From an uncultured Gammaproteobacteria bacterium (GTDB lineage Bacteria; Patescibacteriota; Microgenomatia; Daviesbacterales; UBA10151), in the NCBI GenBank assembly GCA_964522265.1, contig CAZFVS010000003.1, positions 17,445 to 33,746 of the forward strand: a DNA stretch of 16,302 nucleotides. Direction: 5' to 3'. Positions 7,509 to 15,030 of the stretch are shown one piece after another (the stretch's first letter is position 1; each line of letters starts with the position of its first letter). The notes below the pieces were generated by a model, which worked only from the letters and a program-made list of their open reading frames with translations, was not told the origin of the DNA and did no database searches. A program made the translations under genes and the position numbers.

Positions 7509-8420
7509 TTATCTTTTCAACAAATTCGTTAGAAAAAATAGAAGATTTTCAGGACGTTCCGCAAGCCTTCTGGTAAAATATGGGTACCACTGCTGTCCAA
7601 AAGGCACATATACCCTCATCCCATAACCCTCCATTGTTAACTGTTCCTGCAGGTCCCTCCTGATCCCATAGAGCATCTGGAATTCAAAACGGTTGGGTTT
7701 GATCTCACGGGTTTTTGCAAATTGCTTTGCATAATCTATCAGCTTAGGATCATGGGTTGCTATGGCTGGAAAGTTACCCCTGTTTAATAAACGCTCCATT
7801 AAAAACTTATAATTTAAGTCTACTTCTCTCTTGCCGGGAAAGGCTGCGTCTGCAGGCTCCATATATGCGCCCTTGCAAAGCCTGACTCTTGCTCCTTTTT
7901 GAATAAGACGTAAAACATCTTCGCAGCTTCGGTATAAATAGGCTTGTATAACCACCCCTACATTTTTGTGTTCTTTAAATATGTCATAAAAAATATCCAG
8001 TGTTGCCTGGGTATAACTGCTTGACTCCATATCAATCCTGACAAAATTGTGACTTTGATCCGCACGATCCACAATCCTTTCCAGGTTAGCCCGGCACAAA
8101 TTATGGTTAAATTTCAAACCGATCTGGCTCAGTTTTAAAGAGACATTGGCGTCTAACTTTTCCTGCTGCAGGACGTCAAGCAGGGTTAAATACTCTGTTA
8201 AAGGTTTTTGGGTAGAAACTGCATCGTAAACCTCTTCCCCTAAATAATCAACTGTTGCTCTTTTTCCTGTCTCGTTAAGCCTACGGACAGCAAAAACTGC
8301 ACTTTCCAGGCTTTCTCCTGCAACAAAACGCTCAACAACCTTTCTGGTCAACTGACTGCGGGTGATAAAATCTCTTAATTTTTCATTTGAAGCAACTTTT
8401 AATAACAGCTCTTTCTGCAT
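7509..8420 (-). CDS. Proline dehydrogenase (monofunctional PRODH, Pro_dh family)
   Basis: VDYLGEE..SLKLSQIG..VRIDMESS..VGVVIQAYLYRS..RVRLCKGAY..ATHD..EFQMLYGIR..YVPFG..WYPYFTRRLAERPENL is the full set of conserved beta8-alpha8 barrel PRODH motifs. Confidence 0.85.
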   Translation of the reverse strand: MQKELLLKVASNEKLRDFITRSQLTRKVVERFVAGESLESAVFAVRRLNETGKRATVDYLGEEVYDAVSTQKPLTEYLTLLDVLQQEKLDANVSLKLSQIGLKFNHNLCRANLERIVDRADQSHNFVRIDMESSSYTQATLDIFYDIFKEHKNVGVVIQAYLYRSCEDVLRLIQKGARVRLCKGAYMEPADAAFPGKREVDLNYKFLMERLLNRGNFPAIATHDPKLIDYAKQFAKTREIKPNRFEFQMLYGIRRDLQEQLTMEGYGMRVYVPFGQQWYPYFTRRLAERPENLLFFLTNLLKR

Positions 8421-8462
8421 GATTAAACTACGGAGATATTCTACTCATTTAGGGTTGGGTTG

Positions 8463-9374
8463 TCAAAAAAGTGTGGTTATAACCCTAAGCGGGTTGTCTG
8501 AAATTGAAATTTCTACTGTATCCCCTGCGGGAAAAGGATACATTAAACTACTATAAGAATCCGGACTAACCACACCGTCATCAACCAGTGATCTGATCTT
8601 TAAAACCTCATCAGGCTTGATTTTCCCGCTCACTATTTTATAACCGCTCAATCTGCTGCTGGGCTCATCCCTCACAACAAACCTGGCTGTTCGGCTGGTC
8701 CTGGCAAAAGTTCCCATTCTTCGCTGTTGGGTCAGGTTTAATTTCTTCCACCAGCCTGTCGACCCTGTTCCGGTACTAACTAAAATCCCGGAAGTTTTTT
8801 GCTCCTCCTGCACCCCTTTGTAATAAATGACATACCTTGACATATCCACGCTCAGTCTTGCCCCAACAAAAATATCCGACAGGCTTAACTCTTTTATGGG
8901 TTTAGCATTAATAACAGCCCGCAGCCTGGTCCAGTTGGCAATTGTAAAATTTCCTTGCAAAAGCATGGGGTAAAAATTTATAAAATCATCAACATCCAGC
9001 TCGTAGAGGACTGCTGAACTCTTTTTGGGATCTGCTTTTACCCCTATCACCAATTGGTCGTCAATGTAATGAGATACATAGGAAAAGTACCCGTCCCCAC
9101 CTAAGATTATTACAAGCTGCATTCCGCAAAGATCTGCTTTTTGCAGCGGCTCCCCCTCCAACACCTTCGGATAATTTAAAAAGGCCTCCAGTTTATTGAA
9201 AGAGTTCATCTGATCTAAATGTGAACTCCATTTCTTGTCCTTTAACCCCATTTTTTCATAATGGTCCAGTATCTTTTCCTGAGTGGTGTTTTTTTTATGC
9301 AGCTCCCATTCCAGTTTGCTCCATCTGCGGACTATTATTATCTTTGAGGGGTCTATTTTTTCTTTTTCTCTCAT
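8463..9374 (-). CDS. nadK: Divergent NAD kinase-like protein (NadK/PpnK family)
   Basis: A GGDG motif (VIILGGDGYF) and the glycine-rich STGTGSTGW motif (compare canonical STPTGSTAY), at spacing appropriate for NAD kinases. It has an N-terminal extension and is otherwise divergent. NAD-metabolism neighbourhood. Confidence 0.6.
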   Translation of the reverse strand: MREKEKIDPSKIIIVRRWSKLEWELHKKNTTQEKILDHYEKMGLKDKKWSSHLDQMNSFNKLEAFLNYPKVLEGEPLQKADLCGMQLVIILGGDGYFSYVSHYIDDQLVIGVKADPKKSSAVLYELDVDDFINFYPMLLQGNFTIANWTRLRAVINAKPIKELSLSDIFVGARLSVDMSRYVIYYKGVQEEQKTSGILVSTGTGSTGWWKKLNLTQQRRMGTFARTSRTARFVVRDEPSSRLSGYKIVSGKIKPDEVLKIRSLVDDGVVSPDSYSSLMYPFPAGDTVEISISDNPLRVITTLF

Positions 9375-9396
9375 GAAGTTTTATTTATATGAAGCC

Positions 9397-9488
9397 CCAC
9401 GGCTAAAGCCGTGGTATCTTCTCATACTGCGCTTCGCGCAGACTCGCCTTCGGTGAGGAAAAACATTCACCCACACCTAAAGGTGTGG
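9397..9488. repeat. Cluster of four GC-rich hairpins in mirror order (H1~H4, H2~H3)
   Basis: H1 9397-9414 is CCACGGC-TAAA-GCCGTGG. H2 9427-9441 is CTGCGC-TTC-GCGCAG. H3 9443-9457 is CTCGCC-TTC-GGTGAG (one G:T pair). H4 9471-9488 is CCACACC-TAAA-GGTGTGG. The cluster overlaps the last 28 or so codons and the stop (9403-9405, in the H1 loop) of the nadM-Nudix ORF. Confidence 0.8.
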
Positions 9489-10425
9489 TGCTCTGTTTAA
9501 TATGATAGAATGCCAAAAAATCATCTGCTATCTTTTTGTGGTCAAACGCTAAAACTGCCGGTATCTTATCAAAAGGGAGTATTTTGATACTTTTGGCATC
9601 ATCTCCTGCTTTGAATTCACCATCCTGAACTTCTGTCCAGTAAACTGCTGCAACACTGGGCCCTCGCGGATCTCTTTGGGGATCCGAATATACACCAAAC
9701 AGTCTTACTTTTCCGGAATCCACCCTCAACCCGGTCTCCTCTTTTGCCTCCCTGACCGCAGTCTCTTTTGTGTTTTCAAAACCGGTATCGAAGTGTCCGC
9801 CGGCAAATGCTTTGAAACCCCGGAAAGGTTCTCTACCCCTTTCTACAAAAACCAGACTATTCCCTTTGTAAACAATTATTAAATCAGCAGAAACAACCGG
9901 ACGGATATACCTGCGGTATAAATCAATCAGTCTCCTCTCCCCTCCGAATTGGTGTATCAGTCGATATGTCGCCTCCGGAACCAGGTCTTGCCATTCCTGC
10001 CCCTGGACTATCCGATGCCTTATTAATGTGGAGGAGATATTATCTAATCTTTCAATTTCCCGTATTTTATATTTTTTTTCTTCAAAAAGCTGCTTTACTA
10101 CAGTATTGCCGGTGTAAACTACCTGAAACGGGGGAGATAGTTTCTCAACATATGAAACCCAGTGCGGATAATTATGAATATCAGGAATGTCAACAATTTT
10201 ATAAGGCTTATCTATTTTTAAACTTGAGGCAATCATTATCCTTCTCTCTTTTTTTGAGAAAGGGTTACCAAACAGATTTTTATATTGGCTGCTGCCAATG
10301 CCTATTATCAACTCATTAATTTCAGGATCTTGTTTCATTTTTTCCAAAACAGCCATATGGCCTAAATGTAAAGGCTGGGCCCTAAGTATAAATATCCCTC
10401 TTTTGGTTTCAGTCTCTAAAGCCAT
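9403..10425 (-). CDS. nadM: Bifunctional NMN adenylyltransferase (archaeal NadM type) / Nudix ADP-ribose pyrophosphatase
   Basis: The N-terminus GIFILRAQPLHLGH (the G.F.GRFQP.H.GH nucleotidyltransferase motif) and ISSTLIRHRI (ISST.IR motif) indicate NadM. The C-terminal Nudix box GGHFDTGFENTKETAVREAKEETGL has an intact RE..EE.G. Same architecture as the Synechocystis/Francisella NadM-Nudix enzymes. 17-nt overlap with nadE. Confidence 0.85.
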   Translation of the reverse strand: MALETETKRGIFILRAQPLHLGHMAVLEKMKQDPEINELIIGIGSSQYKNLFGNPFSKKERRIMIASSLKIDKPYKIVDIPDIHNYPHWVSYVEKLSPPFQVVYTGNTVVKQLFEEKKYKIREIERLDNISSTLIRHRIVQGQEWQDLVPEATYRLIHQFGGERRLIDLYRRYIRPVVSADLIIVYKGNSLVFVERGREPFRGFKAFAGGHFDTGFENTKETAVREAKEETGLRVDSGKVRLFGVYSDPQRDPRGPSVAAVYWTEVQDGEFKAGDDAKSIKILPFDKIPAVLAFDHKKIADDFLAFYHIKQSTTPLGVGECFSSPKASLREAQYEKIPRL

Positions 10426-12046
10426 GCGCGATCGGCATCCTCCTTCCTATCCCAAAAGCTTTTTCGGTAACTTTGATCCCTGGAGGCGCCTGTCTTCTTT
10501 TGTATTCAGCTGTTTTTATCCGTTCAAGGGTTTTTTCCACCAAATCTTTTGGGTATTTTTTAAAAAGGTCCGTCTTTGTTTTACCGTTTTCTATAATTTC
10601 ATCAACGAGCGGTGAAACTAATTTATAAAGCCCCAGGCTTTCTTCATCAGTCTGATCTTCCCGCAACTCCGCCGATGGTGCTTTTTTCATAATTTCAGCA
10701 GGAATAATCTTTTTTCCGGATATGCCGTTGATATATTCTGCCAGTTGATAAACCTTTAATTTGCTCACATCCGCTATGGCAGCAAGCCCTCCGCACATAT
10801 CACCATATAAAGTAGTATACCCTAATGCTGTCTCTGTTTTATTGCCGGTGCTGATCACCAGCGCGCCAAATTTATTGGCAAAAGCCATAAGTAACGTTCC
10901 CCTGATCCTCGCCTGGATATTCTCCTCCGCTGTATCTTTCTTTAGGTTTTTAAAACTATCCTCCAGGTTTTTTTCAAAACTTGCAAAAATATCTTCAATG
11001 GGGAGCAGCTTGAAATCGATCCCTAAATTTTTTGCAAGACTGCTTGCATCTTCAACACTCCCTCTGCTGGAATAGCGTGAAGGCATACCTACCCCTATTA
11101 CATTTTCTTTCCCTAAAGCCTGTACGGCTAAAGCTGCCACTACTGCAGAATCTATACCTCCTGACAACCCGATAAAGGTTTTTTTAAATCCGGTTCTTCT
11201 GAAATAATCTCTTATCCCCAAAACCAATGCATTATAAAGCTCTCCAGTCAGGTCTTGCGGAGGTAAATCAATTCCCTGGTCACGGTTTAAATCAACCAAA
11301 AAAATATCTTCACAAAATGGCTTGCCTAATCCGACCATTTTCCCTTCCCGGTTGAAAAGCATGCTTTGCCCATCGTAAACCAGCTCGCCGTCATATCCGT
11401 CCTGTCCTCCAACCAGATTAGTGTAAACAAACGGAACGTTGTATTTTTCTACAACTTTTTTGATCAATTTCTCCCTTACCTTTCTTTTGCCGACATAAAA
11501 CGGCGAGGCAGATATGTTTACCAAAAGCTGCGCTCCTTTGCTCATCAAATCCTGGGAAACTTTAGTTGAATATTTTTCATCCCAAAGGTCTTCACAAATC
11601 TCTATACCTACCTTAACACCGGATATTTCGTATACTTTCCTGTTCCTTGCGGTTTTAAAATACCTGTTTTCATAAAAAACATCATAGTCGGGAAGAAGTG
11701 TCTTATCCTCAACACCAACCAACTTTCCATCACTTATTATTGCCGCTGAGTTATACCTGACTGGTGTACTGTCAGGCCCGAGTTTTTCTTCAAAATCAAC
11801 AAAACCTATCACAACACTAATCCCTGCTGTTTCATCAATGATTTTATCTAAATACCTTTTATTTTCCTCAAGGTATTTTTGACTTAACAAAAGATCCAAA
11901 GACATATATCCGGGTATTGCAAGCTCGGGAAAAACTACTAAATCCGCCCTGTCCTCCCGCCCTTTTTCTATCGCGGAGATAATCTTTCTAGCATTTGCTT
12001 CAAACCGCCCGGGATCTGTAGCGATCTGTGCAATTTCAACTTTCAT
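10409..12046 (-). CDS. nadE: Glutamine-dependent NAD+ synthetase (CN-hydrolase domain + NadE synthetase domain)
   Basis: N-terminal nitrilase-like domain (DLVVFPELAIPGY..GIEICEDLW). C-terminal N-type ATP pyrophosphatase domain with GLSGGIDSAVVAALAV (SGGxDS P-loop). Confidence 0.92.
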   Translation of the reverse strand: MKVEIAQIATDPGRFEANARKIISAIEKGREDRADLVVFPELAIPGYMSLDLLLSQKYLEENKRYLDKIIDETAGISVVIGFVDFEEKLGPDSTPVRYNSAAIISDGKLVGVEDKTLLPDYDVFYENRYFKTARNRKVYEISGVKVGIEICEDLWDEKYSTKVSQDLMSKGAQLLVNISASPFYVGKRKVREKLIKKVVEKYNVPFVYTNLVGGQDGYDGELVYDGQSMLFNREGKMVGLGKPFCEDIFLVDLNRDQGIDLPPQDLTGELYNALVLGIRDYFRRTGFKKTFIGLSGGIDSAVVAALAVQALGKENVIGVGMPSRYSSRGSVEDASSLAKNLGIDFKLLPIEDIFASFEKNLEDSFKNLKKDTAEENIQARIRGTLLMAFANKFGALVISTGNKTETALGYTTLYGDMCGGLAAIADVSKLKVYQLAEYINGISGKKIIPAEIMKKAPSAELREDQTDEESLGLYKLVSPLVDEIIENGKTKTDLFKKYPKDLVEKTLERIKTAEYKRRQAPPGIKVTEKAFGIGRRMPIAHGFRD

Positions 12047-13095
12047 TTTCTTCCTTCAGACAATTCAAATATACCATCAGCAGCTTTTATAATTTTTTCT
12101 TTGCCTGTTAAAACATCTAACCAGCTTCTAGGGAAAATCATCCCGTTTTTTGCTCCACAAAGAGCACCTAATATTGCTCCTGTTGTATCACAATCACCAC
12201 CCCAATTTACAGTTTCTAAAAGTCCTTCAATTGGCTCATTCCAATATTTTTGGAACATAAATAGGGCAAAGGGATACGAGCGAAAAACCAAACTGTTGTT
12301 GCCCAACTTTGCAAAAGCCTCATCAACACCTGCATCCGGGTTTTGCCATATCCATTCTAAACGCGAAGCCAAATCGCCTTTTTCTGCATGGGGATAGTTT
12401 TGAGGTGTTGGTTTTTCATGCCGCTCACACGCTTCAAGCTGAGAATAGTTGAAATCCTCCCGAGTTGCCCCTAAAAGCAGTTGGTAAACTGCCTGCGCCT
12501 GCACTATCCCCGACACTATAGAACGCGGATCGCGGTGGGTAATTTCACTAATTTGTCCTGCAAACTTTAAGCCTACGTAATGGGCTTTTCTGGCATACAT
12601 AAAAAGGCCAACCGGCGACATCTTCATTGCGGGTGCATTGCCGGGACCACCATCCGCAGGCGCTGATTCCAAATAAGATATCCCTTTATTAAGGTTTTTA
12701 AAGGCTTTAGTGGTTGTAGAACCAAAACCTCCGAAAACCGTACCATCAGATAAAAGCCTGCTGCGGTATTCGGCAAGCTGACTTTGGGCTATATCATCTA
12801 AATCTAAACCCTTTTTTGCGCTAATTGATTCTGCTAGTGCTACGGTAAGTATTGTATCATCAGTCCACTCGCCTCTTACTAAACCATCCGAGTAATATCC
12901 TAATTTCCCAAATTCATCTCTTTTTATCAAATTTCCACACCCATCCCTTAAAATGACCGGATCAATCGGCTTCGAAATTCTTCCGACATATTTTTCAATC
13001 TGCTCTTTCTTCCACCCCTCAACAGGCATACCCAAAGTATCACCAATCGCACAGCCTATTAATGTCGCCCTAAATCTTTCTTGCATTTCGTTCAT
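12043..13095 (-). CDS. ADP-ribosylglycohydrolase family protein (DraG/ARH-like)
   Basis: N-terminal LIGCAIGDTLGMPVEG and C-terminal GGDCDTTGAILGALCGAKNG are the two metal-site signature blocks of the ADP-ribosylglycohydrolase family. ATGA overlaps at both ends (13092-13095 with pncB, 12043-12046 with nadE). Confidence 0.85.
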   Translation of the reverse strand: MNEMQERFRATLIGCAIGDTLGMPVEGWKKEQIEKYVGRISKPIDPVILRDGCGNLIKRDEFGKLGYYSDGLVRGEWTDDTILTVALAESISAKKGLDLDDIAQSQLAEYRSRLLSDGTVFGGFGSTTTKAFKNLNKGISYLESAPADGGPGNAPAMKMSPVGLFMYARKAHYVGLKFAGQISEITHRDPRSIVSGIVQAQAVYQLLLGATREDFNYSQLEACERHEKPTPQNYPHAEKGDLASRLEWIWQNPDAGVDEAFAKLGNNSLVFRSYPFALFMFQKYWNEPIEGLLETVNWGGDCDTTGAILGALCGAKNGMIFPRSWLDVLTGKEKIIKAADGIFELSEGRK

Positions 13096-14300
13096 ATTAG
13101 ACCAAAATCAATTTTTGCCCTCTCAATTGCTTTTAGATCACCTGATTCCTTACCCCGATCATCAGAAAGCTTGCAAACCTGAACTTCCTGCCCATCAGGC
13201 AGGATGAAAGAATAGGCTTTGATGACAATATTTTTAGGTCTTACCCCAACATCATTGGTCAGATCTGTCCCTATTCCAAAAACTCTCTGGGTTAAATTTT
13301 TAAAATATCTATTGATTTCGATAGCTTTTGGAATATTTAAACCGTCTGTAAAAGCAACTCCTTTGGTCAGCGGATCGATTCCTATCTCTTTTAGCCGTTG
13401 AATCACTTTTGTCCCTTTCTCAATCGGGTCCCCGGAATCCTGTCTGAAAAATGTAAAATATTTTACCAGTTCAGGAGCCAATCCACTCAAAAAACTCTCT
13501 GTTGTATAGGTGTCCATTAAGGTGGTTCCAAGTTTAGGGAAAGCCGGTCCACCACCAAACCCCAAATACTCTTTCGCCCAAACTTCCATCGCCTTTTTAT
13601 TGGCGCTAAGATTGCCAAACATTGCAGCATGACCCATGACCCATTCATGGGCATAGGTACCTGAAGGATTCAGATCAAACTCTTTAGCCAAAGCAACATT
13701 GCTTGTCCCAAGTAACACCCCGCCATCTTGCGGCAATTTTGCTGTTTCAATTAACGCTTCCAAAACATCTCTGTGGACTTGGTGCGAGAATGCTCTTCTT
13801 GTCCCGAATTCTAAAAGCAGAGCCTTAGCATATCGTAACATTTCGCCTTTTTGTTTTGCTCTAAGAATATAATCAGAATCCGGATATTGGTTGGTTTCTT
13901 TATAATAAAGTTCACAAATTAAAGCTAAAAGCGGTACTTCCCAATAGATAGTTCTTACCCAGAGTCCTCGGATGTCGATATTTAAATCACCACCATTTTG
14001 TTTGATACTAACCTCTTGTGGATTAAACCGGTAACTGGAAAGAAAATCCAAATAATCCTTGTTAAAATATGGACATCTTTTTTCCAAAAATTCTCTGTCC
14101 GAGGCTGAAAGTTGTAAATCGGACATCATCTCAACCTGATTTTTAAGTTTTTCTCCAAACCCTTCCGGGTATTTGTGTTTGCCACGGTTGATAAACTCAT
14201 AAGAGGCGCCGATGTCAGAATAGTGATGAAAAACCCCCTGACCCATGGTCAGTTTGTATAGATCTGTCCAGAGTAAGGAGTTGCTAATTTGTTCTTTCAT
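13092..14300 (-). CDS. pncB: Nicotinate phosphoribosyltransferase
   Basis: N-terminal TDLYKLTMGQG, EFGTRRA and the overall length are typical of PncB. It is adjacent to pncA. Confidence 0.9.
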   Translation of the reverse strand: MKEQISNSLLWTDLYKLTMGQGVFHHYSDIGASYEFINRGKHKYPEGFGEKLKNQVEMMSDLQLSASDREFLEKRCPYFNKDYLDFLSSYRFNPQEVSIKQNGGDLNIDIRGLWVRTIYWEVPLLALICELYYKETNQYPDSDYILRAKQKGEMLRYAKALLLEFGTRRAFSHQVHRDVLEALIETAKLPQDGGVLLGTSNVALAKEFDLNPSGTYAHEWVMGHAAMFGNLSANKKAMEVWAKEYLGFGGGPAFPKLGTTLMDTYTTESFLSGLAPELVKYFTFFRQDSGDPIEKGTKVIQRLKEIGIDPLTKGVAFTDGLNIPKAIEINRYFKNLTQRVFGIGTDLTNDVGVRPKNIVIKAYSFILPDGQEVQVCKLSDDRGKESGDLKAIERAKIDFGLI

Positions 14301-14333
14301 AATAATTTTAATTTCTTATTTTAGTTCCTTGCC

Positions 14334-14369
14334 AGGGACAATTAGTTGCTATAGCAACTAATTGTCCCT
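14334..14369. repeat. 36-bp perfect palindrome AGGGACAATTAGTTGCTA|TAGCAACTAATTGTCCCT
   Basis: Every one of the 18 pairs is complementary, verified base by base. It lies in the 95-nt pncA-pncB spacer, 34 nt upstream of the pncB ATG. No U-tract follows on the coding (minus) strand. Confidence 0.9.
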
Positions 14370-14395
14370 CAATACTCCAATGCTGCTGCGGATTT

Positions 14396-14977
14396 TCAAT
14401 ATTCACCGTTCAGTATTTCCCAACTCCAAACAGCTTCCGCTCCTGCTTCAAACATCTCATCTAAAGCAGCTATAGTATCACCAGGTTTTAAGTTAACTGC
14501 CCTCGATGCATCATCAATAAAAAATGTTTTAAATCCGTCTTTCAATCCATCCAAAACAGTTGCCTTGACACAATAATCCGTTGCTAACCCTCCAACAAAA
14601 ATCCTCTCAACTCCTTTTCTTTTTAAAAAATCTCCTAGACTCAAATCCTCTGTATTCTTTGCATCAAATGCAGAATAAGAATCCTCTTCTGCACCCATCC
14701 CTTTTGAGAAAACTTCTACATTATCCAAATCCAGAGCAGAATGGAACTCTGCCCCTCTGGTTTGTGCAACACAATGTATTGGCCATTTATCAAAATGGGT
14801 GGTGGTTGCAGGGTGCCAATCCCGAGATGCAATAATGGTCCAGTCCCTTTCCCTCGCATATTTAATTAACTTATTTAATGGTTTGACCACAGCATCCCCA
14901 TCCGGCACTGGCAGATTACCCCCAGGGCAAAAATCATTCTGCACATCAACTATAATTAACGCTTCCTTACTATTCAT
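14396..14977 (-). CDS. pncA: Nicotinamidase / pyrazinamidase (isochorismatase family)
   Basis: ALIIVDVQNDFCPGG..SRDWHP..HCV..GLATDYCVKATVLD carries the catalytic D/K/C and metal-site motifs of PncA. The ORF track starts at GTG 14986, which sits inside the SD. I prefer ATG 14975-14977, 8 nt downstream of GGAGG (14986-14990). Confidence 0.9.
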   Translation of the reverse strand: MNSKEALIIVDVQNDFCPGGNLPVPDGDAVVKPLNKLIKYARERDWTIIASRDWHPATTTHFDKWPIHCVAQTRGAEFHSALDLDNVEVFSKGMGAEEDSYSAFDAKNTEDLSLGDFLKRKGVERIFVGGLATDYCVKATVLDGLKDGFKTFFIDDASRAVNLKPGDTIAALDEMFEAGAEAVWSWEILNGEY

Positions 14978-14998
14978 ATTTTTCACCTCCTTTAATAT

Positions 14999-15011
14999 TG
15001 TAAATTTTACA
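14999..15011. promoter_or_regulatory. Candidate NrtR operator: odd palindrome TGTAAA-T-TTTACA with a GT-N7-AC core
   Basis: Perfect 6+1+6 palindrome read from the sequence, located between the nrtR stop (15031) and the pncA SD. As I recall, GT-N7-AC is the conserved core reported for NrtR operators. Confidence 0.4.
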
Positions 15012-15030
15012 CTTACTAAAAATAAAAAAA

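Noticed and set aside
9397-9488. CRISPR-like array, given the repeated palindromic units.
   Set aside because: The units are 15-18 nt hairpins with 1-12 nt gaps, not 25-40 nt direct repeats with unique spacers. They are only pairwise similar and lie inside a coding region. No cas genes are present.
14334-14369. Reading the 36-bp palindrome as a plain intrinsic terminator for pncA.
   Set aside because: No U-rich tract follows the stem on the coding strand, and pncB, 34 nt downstream, has no convincing promoter of its own. It cannot be fully excluded, so it is kept as a finding with open function.
14984-14986. GTG start for pncA as given by the ORF track (14396-14986).
   Set aside because: The GTG is part of the GGAGGTG Shine-Dalgarno itself. 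ATG at 14975-14977 has ideal spacing, so the CDS was trimmed to 14396-14977.
14997-15025. Internal promoter for pncA (-10 TACAAT at 15002-14997).
   Set aside because: The best -35 at proper spacing is TTATTT (poor). The predicted start would fall inside the SD. Read-through from the nrtR promoter is more likely.
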